DNA of 62,519 nt from Patescibacteria group bacterium (lineage in GTDB: Bacteria > Patescibacteriota > Patescibacteriia > UBA10025 > JAHIVO01), in NCBI GenBank assembly GCA_022560375.1, contig JADFTK010000001.1, positions 1 through 62,519 on the forward strand, written 5' to 3'. Numbering within the stretch: position 1 is the stretch's first letter; each line of letters begins with the position of its first letter. The notes beneath the pieces were generated by a model. It worked only from the letters and a program-made list of their open reading frames with translations. It had not been told where the DNA came from and made no database searches. This document shows, one piece after another, positions 44,310 to 55,133 of the stretch. Position numbers and translations under genes: made by a program.

Positions 44310-45367
44310 ATATCTTCAATAATTTTCTAGGCAGGTTTTCTAAAGACATGGGCATTGACCTTGGTACGGCCAATACTCTTGTTTATGTGAAAGAAAGAGG
44401 TATTGTCATCGACGAACCATCGGTTGTCGCTATCAATACGCGTAATGATCAAATATTAGCAGTTGGTGACGAAGCCCAAAAAATGATTGGCAAAACACCA
44501 TCCCACATAGTAGCTTCTAGACCTTTAGTTGATGGGGTAATATCCGATTTCGAAGTGACCGAAAAAATGTTGAAATATTTTATTGACAAAGTCCACCAGG
44601 AAAGTTTTTCCTTACTACCTAGACCCAGAATAGTCATTGGCATCCCCTTGGGTGTCACGGAAGTAGAGAGAAAAGCGGTTGAAGATGCCTGTCTGAGCGC
44701 CGGAGCCCGAGAAGTATACCTCATTGAGGAGCCAGTAGCAGCAGCTATCGGTGCTCGGCTGCCGATTCAGGATGCCTCTGGCAATATGGTAGTTGATATT
44801 GGTGGCGGAACGACTGAAATTGCCGTGATATCCCTTGGCGGAGTAGTCACTTGGAAATCCATACGTATTGCTGGCGATGAACTGGATCGTGACATCATTC
44901 AGTACGCCAGAGACCATTTTAATTTACTCTTAGGCGAGAGGACCGCTGAGCAAATAAAGGTAAAAATCGGTTCGGCTTTATCATCTGAAGAGCCTATAGA
45001 AACTACTATGAGAGGCAGAGATTTAATAACGGGATTGCCTAAAGAAGTAACAGTAAATAGTAATCACATCAGGGAGGCAATCAGTCGGTCACTCCGGCAG
45101 ATAGTTGACAGCATAAAAACCACCATTGAAGTAACTCCACCAGAACTGGTAGCAGATATATATGAGAAGGGAATTATGCTGGCTGGCGGCGGTGCCTTAC
45201 TTAAAGGCCTGGACGTACTAATAAAGCAAGAAACTAAAATACCAGTACATATAACCGATGATCCACTTACGGCCGTAGTGCGGGGTACTGGAATAGTCTT
45301 AGACGACTTAGAAAATTTAAAAGAAATACTGGCTTCATCATCAGATGACTCAAAACTAATCGACTAG
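44306..45367 (+). CDS. mreB: rod-shape protein MreB (canonical, heads mreBCD-mrdA)
   Basis: GIDLGTANTLVY, DEPSVVAI, GKTP, SRPL.DGVISDF, DIGGGTTEIAVISLGG, GGGALLKGLD. Followed by mreC and mreD. Confidence 0.92.
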   Translation: MNIFNNFLGRFSKDMGIDLGTANTLVYVKERGIVIDEPSVVAINTRNDQILAVGDEAQKMIGKTPSHIVASRPLVDGVISDFEVTEKMLKYFIDKVHQESFSLLPRPRIVIGIPLGVTEVERKAVEDACLSAGAREVYLIEEPVAAAIGARLPIQDASGNMVVDIGGGTTEIAVISLGGVVTWKSIRIAGDELDRDIIQYARDHFNLLLGERTAEQIKVKIGSALSSEEPIETTMRGRDLITGLPKEVTVNSNHIREAISRSLRQIVDSIKTTIEVTPPELVADIYEKGIMLAGGGALLKGLDVLIKQETKIPVHITDDPLTAVVRGTGIVLDDLENLKEILASSSDDSKLID

Positions 45368-45369
45368 CC

Positions 45370-46185
45370 ATGAAACAGTTTTTGCGATCACGAGCGGGGA
45401 TCGTTATTATAACTATAACGGGTTTAATTATCCTGATTTTTTTTCAACGTGTTGGATTTCTTCGTCCGGCAGAAAATATTATTACAACAGTGCTGAAACC
45501 TGTGCAGAATATATTAATTGTAGCAGCCACCAACATAAAAGGACTCACCGATTACCTGGGTAATATAAAAAATTTAGAGGAGGAGAACGACCGTCTTATT
45601 AAAGACATTTCAAGATTAATCGGGGAAAATGTAAAATTGAAGCAGAATTTATCTGATACCGGCCTCATACAAGAGGAGCTAGAATTCATCACTAAATACA
45701 ATTATCGGACTGTCACCGCAAAAGTAATCGGACGAAGCTCCCGGGACTATCTGCAAGAAGTAATAATTAACAAAGGGGATTCAGTCAGCATTCGCCAAGG
45801 GTTTCCTGTCATTGCTAGTGGCGGTATAATTATTGGAAAAATAATAGACACCAACAGTTCGATTTCCAAAGTATTATTACTGAACGACAATCAAAGCGAA
45901 ATAGGAGCCATCATCCAAAATAATTCCCAAAGCCAAGGGGTGCTCAGTGGACAGTTTGGAATTTCACTTCGTATGGAATTAATACCCCAAAATGATCCAC
46001 TAGAGATAGGACAGATAGTGACAACCTCCGGGCTAGAAGAGGACATTCCTTCAGGTTTAGTCATTGGCACTATTACAGAAATTATCCAAATAGAAGGTGA
46101 TTTATTCCAGAAAGCTATAATTGAGCCTCAAGCTGATTATCAAAATCTAAGTATTGTCACCGTTATCCTTCCTTTCAATGACTAA
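45370..46185 (+). CDS. mreC: rod-shape protein MreC
   Basis: N-terminal TM, coiled coil (LEEENDRLIKDI..L..EN..LKQ), beta-rich C-terminus ...TSGLEEDIPSGLVIGTI. Synteny supports the call. Confidence 0.8.
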   Translation: MKQFLRSRAGIVIITITGLIILIFFQRVGFLRPAENIITTVLKPVQNILIVAATNIKGLTDYLGNIKNLEEENDRLIKDISRLIGENVKLKQNLSDTGLIQEELEFITKYNYRTVTAKVIGRSSRDYLQEVIINKGDSVSIRQGFPVIASGGIIIGKIIDTNSSISKVLLLNDNQSEIGAIIQNNSQSQGVLSGQFGISLRMELIPQNDPLEIGQIVTTSGLEEDIPSGLVIGTITEIIQIEGDLFQKAIIEPQADYQNLSIVTVILPFND

Positions 46186-46711
46186 AAATATAATATTCAT
46201 ATTATCGACTGTTTTTCTAGTTTTATTTCAAATTAGTTTTGTCCACGAATTTTATTTTTTCAGATCAAACATCAACATTGTTCTACTGGCCGTAGTTTTT
46301 TTGGCAGTCATGTCTAATAGTAGGAGGAGCTTGAGTTTCGCTATCCTAGCAGGCATCATGCTAGACATTTATTCTCCCTTTACTTTTGGGATAAATACCC
46401 TGGCCTTAGTAATCCCTGTTTTCTTGATCCACAATGTCTTCAGAAAACTGTTAACCCGTAAATCGCTCATTTCTACAATAATTGTAATGGCAATGAGTGT
46501 TGCCGTTTACCATGGAGTTCTACTCTTTTTATCAACACTATTCTTCTGGCTGGGATGGAGAGACATAAGCGCTTCCATTGCGCCTGAATACTTACTATTA
46601 GTTATTAATCAGATTTTATGGCACTCAGCAGCAATATCCTTACTATTTTTATTAATGCGTATGATTAGCCAAAAAATTAAACTCAATTTTCTCATTAACG
46701 AAAACGTATAG
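46178..46711 (+). CDS. mreD: rod-shape protein MreD (start taken as ATG 46178, 8-nt overlap with mreC)
   Basis: About 177-aa polytopic membrane protein between mreC and mrdA. The call rests mainly on synteny. Confidence 0.6.
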   Translation: MTKNIIFILSTVFLVLFQISFVHEFYFFRSNINIVLLAVVFLAVMSNSRRSLSFAILAGIMLDIYSPFTFGINTLALVIPVFLIHNVFRKLLTRKSLISTIIVMAMSVAVYHGVLLFLSTLFFWLGWRDISASIAPEYLLLVINQILWHSAAISLLFLLMRMISQKIKLNFLINENV

Positions 46712-48672
46712 TGCCAAATTCAAAAAAAGACATATTTTCAATCGGCGATCCGGATAATGAAAATATTTCCAGAAGAGATTATAGAATAGCGTGGGTCGAA
46801 AACTCCTTTACACCAGAGCAAGAAAGTAAAAACTATCTCAGCTCAAATTTTGATAAAAAAAAACTAAGGTGGTTATTCTTTGGAATATTTTTCATATTTT
46901 TAGTTATGCTTTTTAGAGTGGGCTATCTCCAGATTGCCAGGGGCGAAGAATACCGAACAGCCGCCGAGGACAATAGAATCAGAATTCAAGCAATTAAAGC
47001 TCCTCGAGGAATAATAACTGACAGAAATGGCAATGTACTAGCTCATAACGTTCCCAACTTTTTACTCACTTTTACTCCGGCTGATTTACCTGAAGATAAT
47101 ATAGAAAGAGTCACTCTTATTGACAGGCTAGCCGAAATACTAGAAATTAACCGAGATGATATTGCCCAGATCATAAATGAACAACCTGGGCAGTCGTTCC
47201 AATCCTACTTGCTTCAGGAACATATTGCTTATGAAAAAGCAATATTGCTAAGAATAGTAAGCCAAGAACTCCCGGGAATTAGTTTACAAATAGATACTTT
47301 TAGAGAATATAATGCCGACTTTACCTTCTCTCATGTACTTGGCTATACCAGTAAAATTTCAGAAGAGGAATTAGCGGATAACCCAGACTATCTTTATGAT
47401 GCGAAAATTGGCAAAGCCGGGATAGAACTTTATTATGAAGATCTGCTCAGGGGAGTAAATGGCAAAAAAGAAATTGAAGTAAACTCACTAGGGAAGGAAA
47501 GTAGCATAGTTTCTGAAAAAAAACCGGAAACAGGAAAAAATTTAACTTTGACAATCGACCAATCGCTACAGCAGGTACTGGGACAGGCCATTGAAGATAC
47601 TGTCCAAAGTTCAAAATCAATTACTGGTGCCGCCGCTATTGCCATTGATCCAAACAATGGCGAAATACTGGCTTTAGTTTCCAGCCCCGTATTTGACAAC
47701 AACTTGTTTAATCTCGGCCTAACGATTGAGGAGTATCAAAATCTGATATCCGACCCAAAAAAACCATTATTCAATAGAGCTATCTCTGGAGAATACCCGT
47801 CTGGATCAACGATAAAACCACTTATCTCTTTAGCTGCCTTGGCCGAGGGAATTGTCACTCCCCAGACAACGATACTTAGCACTGGTGGCATCCAAATTGA
47901 CCGATGGTTTTTCCCTGATTGGAAAGCAGGGGGACATGGTACTACTAACCTAACCAAGGCTATTGCCGAGTCGGTTAATTCATACTTTTATTTGATTGGG
48001 GGTGGGGATGAAGAATTTAATGGGCTGGGGGTCGAGAAGATTCGCACCTATCTTGAATTATTTGGTCTCAATGGAAAAATAGGAATTGATCTTGCTGGTG
48101 AGTCTGCTGGATTCCTGCCATCTAAACAGTGGAAGGAGGAATCAAAAGAAGAAAAATGGTATATCGGAGATACCTATCACCTGAGTATCGGCCAAGGGGA
48201 CTTACTAGTCACCCCCCTACAAGTTGCCAGCTATACGGCTACTATAGCTAACGGCGGAACTTTTTATTTACCACACCTGGTTAAAGCCATAACTAATACT
48301 CAGAAAAACACTACCATCGAAGTCTTACCCACGATCATCAGAAATAACTTTATAGAAAAAAAACATTTTACGGCCGTACAAAATGGGCTGAGAGAAGCTG
48401 TAATTTCAGGCAGCGCTGTGGCACTCGGAGACCTTCCCGTAACCTCAGCCGGAAAAACTGGAACGGCCCAGTTCGGTAATAAAGGGCAAACCCATGCTTG
48501 GTTTACGAGCTATGCGCCTTACGAAAATCCAGAAATAGCCATAACTGTATTGATTGAGGGGGGAGGAGAAGGTTATGCCACGGCCCTGCCCATTGCTAAA
48601 AAGGGTTATTTACAGTGGTTTCAAACGGGGCTTGTGGATAACCCCCTTGACGTAGAAACGGAAAAAAATTAG
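46711..48672 (+). CDS. mrdA: penicillin-binding protein 2 (elongasome transpeptidase)
   Basis: GTG start overlapping the mreD stop (TAGTG). SxxK (GSTIKP), SxN (SVNSYF), KTG (KTGTAQ). N-terminal TM and dimerisation domain. Confidence 0.88.
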   Translation: MPNSKKDIFSIGDPDNENISRRDYRIAWVENSFTPEQESKNYLSSNFDKKKLRWLFFGIFFIFLVMLFRVGYLQIARGEEYRTAAEDNRIRIQAIKAPRGIITDRNGNVLAHNVPNFLLTFTPADLPEDNIERVTLIDRLAEILEINRDDIAQIINEQPGQSFQSYLLQEHIAYEKAILLRIVSQELPGISLQIDTFREYNADFTFSHVLGYTSKISEEELADNPDYLYDAKIGKAGIELYYEDLLRGVNGKKEIEVNSLGKESSIVSEKKPETGKNLTLTIDQSLQQVLGQAIEDTVQSSKSITGAAAIAIDPNNGEILALVSSPVFDNNLFNLGLTIEEYQNLISDPKKPLFNRAISGEYPSGSTIKPLISLAALAEGIVTPQTTILSTGGIQIDRWFFPDWKAGGHGTTNLTKAIAESVNSYFYLIGGGDEEFNGLGVEKIRTYLELFGLNGKIGIDLAGESAGFLPSKQWKEESKEEKWYIGDTYHLSIGQGDLLVTPLQVASYTATIANGGTFYLPHLVKAITNTQKNTTIEVLPTIIRNNFIEKKHFTAVQNGLREAVISGSAVALGDLPVTSAGKTGTAQFGNKGQTHAWFTSYAPYENPEIAITVLIEGGGEGYATALPIAKKGYLQWFQTGLVDNPLDVETEKN

Positions 48673-48714
48673 AATAAGGTGTAAATAAATTGTAATAATA
48701 AAGAATTTTTAAGA

Positions 48715-48774
48715 CACAATTCAGCAGCCTCGGATTATGGGCTTAGATTTTAATTGTGCCATTTATTTTTTTTT
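48715..48774 (+). terminator. probable terminator of the mre/mrdA operon
   Basis: CACAATT (48715-21) pairs with AATTGTG (48752-58), with an inner GCC/GGC pairing, then a T-rich run ATTTATTTTTTTTT. Confidence 0.45.
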
Positions 48775-48779
48775 GAACT

Positions 48780-49244
48780 ATGAATAATCAAAATACATTT
48801 ATAACCAAAGAAGGGCTAGCCAAAATTAAAAAAGAGCTCAACGATCTAAAAGATGTGAAGCGACGCGATATCGCCGAAAGAATTCGAGAAGCTAAAGAGC
48901 TAGGAGACCTTTCTGAAAATGCAGAATATACTGAGGCAAAAAACGATCAGTCATTTATCGAAGGCCGAATTTTAGAAATTGAGTCAATTCTTAAAAGCGC
49001 TACTATTATCAAAGAAGCGTCATCTAAGGGTCAAATTGAAGTTGGTTCCAAGATAAAAATTCAGGACGGTAAGGAGACCAAAAGCTACTTTATTGTCGGA
49101 TCAAATGAGGCCGATCCAGCCCAAGGAAAAATCTCAAACGAATCACCACTTGGTCAGGCGTTTCTAGGTAAAAAGAAGGGTGACATAGTAGAAATAAAGG
49201 TCCCTCAGGGTACCAAAAAATTTGAGATCATAGCCATCATTTAG
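48780..49244 (+). CDS. greA: transcription elongation factor GreA
   Basis: ...ITKEGL.K...EL..L.....R..IAERI.EAKELGDLSENAEY..AK..Q.FIEGRI. Confidence 0.9.
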   Translation: MNNQNTFITKEGLAKIKKELNDLKDVKRRDIAERIREAKELGDLSENAEYTEAKNDQSFIEGRILEIESILKSATIIKEASSKGQIEVGSKIKIQDGKETKSYFIVGSNEADPAQGKISNESPLGQAFLGKKKGDIVEIKVPQGTKKFEIIAII

Positions 49245-49261
49245 CATCTTTAATTAAAGGC

Positions 49262-49291
49262 GGGTATTGATTGCCTAAATACCCTGTTTTT
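49262..49291 (+). terminator. rho-independent terminator after greA
   Basis: GGGTATT (49262-68) pairs with AATACCC (49278-84), followed by TGTTTTT. Confidence 0.6.
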
Positions 49292-49326
49292 GCTATTATT
49301 ATTACACATTTAATCATTTAAAATTT

Positions 49327-50817
49327 ATGTCCAGACTTTCAGAAGAGTATGCTTCCCGTAAGAATAAACTTACATCGGCACTAAAAAATAACATCAATCC
49401 CTACCCAGCTAGAACCAAGCGTTCAAAAACTATTGAACGTGTTCTGGTTGACTTTGATTCATTGATACAATCTGGTAATGCTCAAAATAATCAACATACT
49501 TTAGTAGGCAGGATTAGAACTATACGCTTGCATGGCGGATCGTGCTTTGCCCATATCGAAGATGGGTCCGAAAAAATTCAAATTTATCTGAAGCGTGACG
49601 AAATCGGTGTGGAAAATTATATAAACTTCAAGGAACTAATCGATATAGGGGACTTTATAGAAGTTACCGGATCCTTATTCAAAACCAAAAAAGGAGAAAA
49701 AACTCTTTTAGTGAATTCTTTCACTCTACTGGCAAAATCATTATTACCTCTACCTGAAAAATGGCACGGACTTTCTGATATCGAAATCAGATTCCGTAAA
49801 CGGTATCTTGACTTATTGAGCAATACGGCGGTCAAAGACATATTTATAAAGCGTTCACTCCTAATCAAATCGATCCGCAAATTTCTGGATGAGGATGGCT
49901 TTATGGAGGTGGAAACGCCTATACTACAGCCCATACCGGGCGGTGCTAATGCCAAACCTTTTATTACCCACCATAATGCGCTTGATATTGATTTGTATCT
50001 GAGAATAGCTCCGGAACTTTATTTAAAAAGGTTAATTATTGGAGGATTTGAAAAAGTATATGAAATAGCCAGATGTTTCCGCAATGAGGGCATTGACTAT
50101 AATCATAATCCAGAATTCACCCAGGTTGAAATTTATGCAGCCTATTGGGACTATAAAAAAATGATGAAATTTACTGAAGAACTTTTCGAGCACTCAATCA
50201 CGACTATTTACAAAAACACTACTATTGAATATGAAGGTAAAAAAATAAACTTTCAGCCTCCCTACCAATTAATCACCTTCCAGGAAGCCAGTAAAAAATA
50301 TGCGAAAATAGATATAGATAAAATTGGCGCAGAGGGATTATCTGAGGCAGCCCGGGACAGAGGGTTAGACATAGATAAATCATACAACACCGCCAAGATT
50401 CTGGATGAAATATTTAAGGAGCTTATTAGACCTAACTTAATACAACCTACTTTCGTCATCGACTATCCTCTAGAGCTATCACCCTTAGCCAAGAAAAAAG
50501 AAGGCAATCCAAAATATGTTGAGAGATTCCAGCTAGTAGCTGCGGGAATTGAATTGTGTAACGCCTTTTCTGAACTGAATGATCCCCTTGACCAAGCTCA
50601 GCGATTCAAAAACCAGGAAAAAATGCGCCAAGCAGGTGATGAAGAAGCTCAAAGGATTGACGAGGACTTTATCGAAGCTCTGGCCCACGGCATGCCCCCA
50701 ACGGCAGGCATTGGCATTGGTATAGATCGACTATCTGCTCTATTGAATAATGTACATAATATCAAGGAGGTAATTTTGTTCCCCACCCTGAAACCAAAAA
50801 AAGACTACCATGAATAG
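49327..50817 (+). CDS. lysS: lysine--tRNA ligase (class II)
   Basis: OB-fold N-domain. RKRYLDL, FMEVETP.LQ.I.GGA.AKPF.THHNALD, YLRIAPELYLKR, CFRNEG.D..HNPEFT..E.Y. Confidence 0.92.
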   Translation: MSRLSEEYASRKNKLTSALKNNINPYPARTKRSKTIERVLVDFDSLIQSGNAQNNQHTLVGRIRTIRLHGGSCFAHIEDGSEKIQIYLKRDEIGVENYINFKELIDIGDFIEVTGSLFKTKKGEKTLLVNSFTLLAKSLLPLPEKWHGLSDIEIRFRKRYLDLLSNTAVKDIFIKRSLLIKSIRKFLDEDGFMEVETPILQPIPGGANAKPFITHHNALDIDLYLRIAPELYLKRLIIGGFEKVYEIARCFRNEGIDYNHNPEFTQVEIYAAYWDYKKMMKFTEELFEHSITTIYKNTTIEYEGKKINFQPPYQLITFQEASKKYAKIDIDKIGAEGLSEAARDRGLDIDKSYNTAKILDEIFKELIRPNLIQPTFVIDYPLELSPLAKKKEGNPKYVERFQLVAAGIELCNAFSELNDPLDQAQRFKNQEKMRQAGDEEAQRIDEDFIEALAHGMPPTAGIGIGIDRLSALLNNVHNIKEVILFPTLKPKKDYHE

Positions 50818-51361
50818 GCAATCAGCTCTAGAACTATTAAATGAATTCGTAAAAAATGAGAACCTAAAAAAACATATGCTGGCAGTGGAAGCATCTATGA
50901 GGGCCTACGCAAGAATTTTCAATGAGGATGAAGACTGGTGGGGGATCGTGGGTCTGCTGCATGATTTCGATTATGAAAAATATCCTGACCTGAAAGATCA
51001 CCCGTTCAAAGGTGCTGACATTCTCCGGCAAAGAGGATACCCCGACGATCTAATACAAACTATATTAGCTCACGCACCTCATACTGACACACCCCGTGAC
51101 ACCCCAGCCAAAAAGACTATATTTGCAGTTGATGAACTATGCGGCTTGATAGTTGCTGTAGCTCTGGTGAAACCAAATAAGTCTCTAGCTGAAGTCCAAA
51201 TTAAATCAGTCAAAAAAAAGATGAAGGATAAAAGCTTTGCCAGACAAGTCAACCGAGAAGAAATTTATCAAGGAGCCGAAGAGCTAGGCGTACCTTTTGA
51301 TGAACATATTGGCACAGTACTCGGCGCCCTACAATCAGTCTCAAAACAGCTGGAGCTTTAA
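50810..51361 (+). CDS. HD-domain phosphohydrolase
   Basis: H...A....LLHDFDYEKY motif. 183 aa. 8-nt overlap with lysS. Confidence 0.7.
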   Translation: MNRQSALELLNEFVKNENLKKHMLAVEASMRAYARIFNEDEDWWGIVGLLHDFDYEKYPDLKDHPFKGADILRQRGYPDDLIQTILAHAPHTDTPRDTPAKKTIFAVDELCGLIVAVALVKPNKSLAEVQIKSVKKKMKDKSFARQVNREEIYQGAEELGVPFDEHIGTVLGALQSVSKQLEL

Positions 51362-51420
51362 TTAAGCAGGCCCTACTTAATTTTTTTACGTAACATTGTA
51401 ACAAAAAAACCTCTACAAGT

Positions 51421-52692
51421 ATGTTGGACATAAAATATATTATAAAAAATAAGGACGAAATAACAGCTGCTTTGAAGAAGCGAAATATTCAGGCTAGTAC
51501 CATTACGGAAATAATAACACTTGACGAAAAGAGGAGAGCCTCTATTCAAAATCTGGAGATGATAAAGGCGGAAAAAAATAACTTCAACAAATCAATAGGT
51601 AAATTAAGCTCTGAGGAAAAATCCAACAAGATCCAGGAAATGACCGGCCTGACAAAGCAGGAACAAAAACTCGAAGAGACATTGGATATAAATAACGAAG
51701 CACTACTGACTCTCCTGAAAGGCCTGCCCAATATCCCTGATAAAAGCGTACCTATGGGCCGAGATGATAAAGAAAATGTGGTCGAAAAAACTGTCGGGGA
51801 GCCAACTAAATTTAACTTCAGTCCCCAGGACTATATCACGCTTGCCAAAAATCACGATTTGATAGATACCGAACGCGCGGCCAAAGTCAGTGGTACTCGT
51901 TTTGGATATTTAAAAAACGAAGGGGCCTTGCTTTGGTCGGCTTTGGTACAGTACAGTTTGGACATCCTGTTACAAGAAAAATTTATCCCTTTCTATTCAC
52001 CGGCTCTTATCAAAGAGGAAGTCATGATTAATTCTGGATATGACTCCTACACCAATGACCATGAGGCGTACTTCATAGAAAAGGATAAGCTGTATCTAGT
52101 GGGAACAGGGGAACACGCCTTACTGCCGTATCACAGCCAAGAAACCCTCAAAGAGGATTCCTTGCCCCTTTATTACACCACCTACTCAACTTGTTTTAGG
52201 AGAGAGGCTGGCAGCTACGGTAAAGATACCAAAGGCATACTCAGGGTGCACCAATTTGATAAGCAGGAAATGATGATTATTACTAAACCGGAAAACTCCT
52301 GGAAGGAATTTGACCACTTAATAGAAATCCAAGAAAAAATAATTCAAGGTTTGAAATTGCCTTACCAGCTGGTAACGGTATGCACCGGTGACCTACCAAG
52401 ACCCTCGGCCAAGGTGGTTGACCTGGAATGCTGGATACCTTCTGAACAGAAATACCGCGAAACGCACTCTGCTTCCAACTGTACAGATTACCAAGCTCGG
52501 AGCAATAAAATCAAGTTTAAAAACAAAACCGGCCAAACAGAATTTGTTCACATTTTAAACGCTACGGCCATAACCCCCAGAACACTTATTGCTATCCTGG
52601 AAAATTACCAACAGCCGGATGGCTCCATAAAAATACCCAAAGTTCTGCATCCCTACATGCATAAAATTAAGGAAATAAAAATAAAGAAATAA
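51421..52692 (+). CDS. serS: serine--tRNA ligase
   Basis: MLDIK.I..N.... coiled-coil arm. FRREAGS.GKDT.G..RVHQF.K.E and TA....R.L.AILENYQ..DGSI.IP..L. Confidence 0.92.
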   Translation: MLDIKYIIKNKDEITAALKKRNIQASTITEIITLDEKRRASIQNLEMIKAEKNNFNKSIGKLSSEEKSNKIQEMTGLTKQEQKLEETLDINNEALLTLLKGLPNIPDKSVPMGRDDKENVVEKTVGEPTKFNFSPQDYITLAKNHDLIDTERAAKVSGTRFGYLKNEGALLWSALVQYSLDILLQEKFIPFYSPALIKEEVMINSGYDSYTNDHEAYFIEKDKLYLVGTGEHALLPYHSQETLKEDSLPLYYTTYSTCFRREAGSYGKDTKGILRVHQFDKQEMMIITKPENSWKEFDHLIEIQEKIIQGLKLPYQLVTVCTGDLPRPSAKVVDLECWIPSEQKYRETHSASNCTDYQARSNKIKFKNKTGQTEFVHILNATAITPRTLIAILENYQQPDGSIKIPKVLHPYMHKIKEIKIKK

Positions 52693-53835
52693 ATGCTAAC
52701 TACGCAGATTACCTGGGTGGCTATCTCCCGCAGTGCCATACGACACAACATCAGACAGCTTCAGAGAATAGTATCTCCCTCAACTCAATTTATGGCAGTT
52801 GTGAAATCGAACGCCTATGGGCATGGGCTGATAGAAGTAGCTAAAATAGCCAAGCAAGCAAAAGTCTCATGGCTAGCCACAGTCAACCTCGATGAAGCCC
52901 TAGAACTTAGGGCCTCAGGCATTAAAGGCAGAATACTGGTACTTAGCTATTACCATCCTGATAAAATCAAAGAAGCCATAAAAAAAAATATTACCCTGAC
53001 AGTTTACGGTTATGCAGCTGCCAAGAAAATTAATGCAGCTGCCAAACTCCTGCGAACAAAAACCAAAGTGCATTTCAAAGTAGATACTGGAACGTCGAGG
53101 CTAGGCGTATTGCCCTTAGACTGCGCACCGATGCTGCATAAAATCAGGCAACTAGATAATATAAAAATCGAGGGAATATTTTCTCATTTTGCGGATGCGG
53201 AAAACCTTAATCAAGCTTTTACTAACCGGCAAATAAACACCTTTAATAAAATTGTTAGCGAGCTAGAAATTCAAAATATTAAAATTCCCCTGAAACACCT
53301 GGCTTGCTCGGCATCTACTATACTTAATAAAGAAAGCCACCAGGATTTGATCAGGATAGGCATCGCCCTATATGGCCTTTGGTCAATTGAGAAAAAAGGC
53401 TGGCTAGCAAAAAAATTACTTCCAGGATTAAACCTACGCCCAGCCTTATCATGGTATACTACCATCATCCAATTAAAAAAACTTCCTCCCCATTCTACGG
53501 TCGGGTATGGAGCCAGCTATAAAACAAATAAAGATACTACCTTAGCCCTGGTCCCAGTAGGATATTGGGAGGGCTACGATCGGAAACTCTCCAATACCGG
53601 CGAGGTGATCATACGAGGAAAAAGGTGTAGCATAAGAGGCCGAGTGTGCATGAACCTAATGATGATAGACGTCACCAGCTTACCAAACGTAAAGGTAGGG
53701 GACCGTGTCATACTTATCGGCCAGGAGGGGAAAGAATCCATAACGGCTGACGAATTAGCTAACAAAATTAAGACTATTAACTACGAAATTATCACCAGAA
53801 TTAACCCATTAATTAATAGAGTTTATATTAAATAA
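52693..53835 (+). CDS. alr: alanine racemase
   Basis: AVVKSNAYGHG (PLP lysine), VDTG..RLG, SHFA.A, YG..P, GYG..Y, VCM...M.DVT. Confidence 0.9.
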   Translation: MLTTQITWVAISRSAIRHNIRQLQRIVSPSTQFMAVVKSNAYGHGLIEVAKIAKQAKVSWLATVNLDEALELRASGIKGRILVLSYYHPDKIKEAIKKNITLTVYGYAAAKKINAAAKLLRTKTKVHFKVDTGTSRLGVLPLDCAPMLHKIRQLDNIKIEGIFSHFADAENLNQAFTNRQINTFNKIVSELEIQNIKIPLKHLACSASTILNKESHQDLIRIGIALYGLWSIEKKGWLAKKLLPGLNLRPALSWYTTIIQLKKLPPHSTVGYGASYKTNKDTTLALVPVGYWEGYDRKLSNTGEVIIRGKRCSIRGRVCMNLMMIDVTSLPNVKVGDRVILIGQEGKESITADELANKIKTINYEIITRINPLINRVYIK

Positions 53836-53836
53836 T

Positions 53837-54064
53837 ATGGAAAACGAAGACGGCGTTTATAATAAAGAGGACGTAGTGCCACAAGAAGGTAACTATGTAT
53901 GTTCCCCGTGTGGATTTCGCAAACACTATAAAGTTGGCGATAAATTCAGCGAATGCACTTCCTGCCTGTCAGGAACGGAGGAAGGGGATGAAGCATATGT
54001 AGCAGGTACTGGCCTTTGGGAAAAAGTATCAGAGGAATCCTCTAACCATGAAACAAAAAATTAA
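53837..54064 (+). CDS. small Cys4 zinc-ribbon protein
   Basis: 75 aa with CSPCG...(15)...CTSC. Wedged between alr (1-nt gap) and ddl (17-nt overlap). Confidence 0.5.
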   Translation: MENEDGVYNKEDVVPQEGNYVCSPCGFRKHYKVGDKFSECTSCLSGTEEGDEAYVAGTGLWEKVSEESSNHETKN

Positions 54065-55127
54065 AGTTGGCATAATATTTGGTGGTCGTTCTGGCGAGCA
54101 TGAAGTTTCGCTGGCTTCGGCCTGGTCAATCATGCAAGCTATTGATAAGAAAAAATATCAAATAGTCCAGATAGGGATCACCAAACAAGGGGAGTGGCTG
54201 ACTGGGCCACAAACCATGCGTAAATTGAAAAACAATGCAGTCTTGAAAAAAGACCTAACTACCGTACTAGTGCCGGATGCGATTCATCAACCAACCAAAA
54301 TTGATGTTGCCTTCCCGATACTTCACGGCCCCTATGGAGAAGATGGCACCATCCAAGGACTACTGGAATTGGCTAATATGCCTTACGTAGGATCTGGTGT
54401 GCTTGGTTCAGCTATGGCCATGGATAAGGTAGTTCAAAAAAAGATATGTCAGCAGGCTCAATTACCGGTGGTTAAGTATCTTTATTTTTATAAAATAAAT
54501 TTCCGAAAGGACTATAAAAATATTTCTCTAAGGGTGAACAAATTAGGATATCCGGTATTTGTAAAACCAGCCAACATGGGTTCATCGGTCGGCATTAGTA
54601 AAGTACAAAATAAAAAAATGTTAATCCAGGCCGTGACCTTGGCTAGTAAATATGATAATAAGATTATTGTTGAAAAGTCTATCGCTAATGCTGAAGAAAT
54701 TGAAGTTGCGGTTCTCGGTAATAGGCGAGTACTAGCGTCAGTCCCTGGTGCTATAATTTCTTCAAATGAATTCTATGACTATAATGCCAAGTATGTTGAC
54801 GGCCAATCATTTGACAAAATCCCAGCCCAGCTACCAAAACCCATACTAAATAAACTGAAAAAAATAGCCGTCAACGCTTTTCTTGCGGTCAATGGCTCAG
54901 GCATGGCTCGCGTAGATTTCCTGGTGTCATCTAAGCATAAAATTTACCTAAACGAAATAAATACTATCCCTGGTTTTACCTCTATTTCTATGTATCCAAA
55001 ATTATGGCGAGCGTCAGGTGTTTCGATGACCCAATTGATATCGAGGCTAATCGACCTGGCTTTTGATCGCTATAATGAAAAGGCTCAGCTCAAAACTTCA
55101 TTAAAACTTAAAAAGAAATGGTACTAA
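54048..55127 (+). CDS. ddl: D-alanine--D-alanine ligase
   Basis: [83 protein letters not shown]. Confidence 0.92.
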   Translation: MKQKIKVGIIFGGRSGEHEVSLASAWSIMQAIDKKKYQIVQIGITKQGEWLTGPQTMRKLKNNAVLKKDLTTVLVPDAIHQPTKIDVAFPILHGPYGEDGTIQGLLELANMPYVGSGVLGSAMAMDKVVQKKICQQAQLPVVKYLYFYKINFRKDYKNISLRVNKLGYPVFVKPANMGSSVGISKVQNKKMLIQAVTLASKYDNKIIVEKSIANAEEIEVAVLGNRRVLASVPGAIISSNEFYDYNAKYVDGQSFDKIPAQLPKPILNKLKKIAVNAFLAVNGSGMARVDFLVSSKHKIYLNEINTIPGFTSISMYPKLWRASGVSMTQLISRLIDLAFDRYNEKAQLKTSLKLKKKWY

Positions 55128-55133
55128 TTTATC

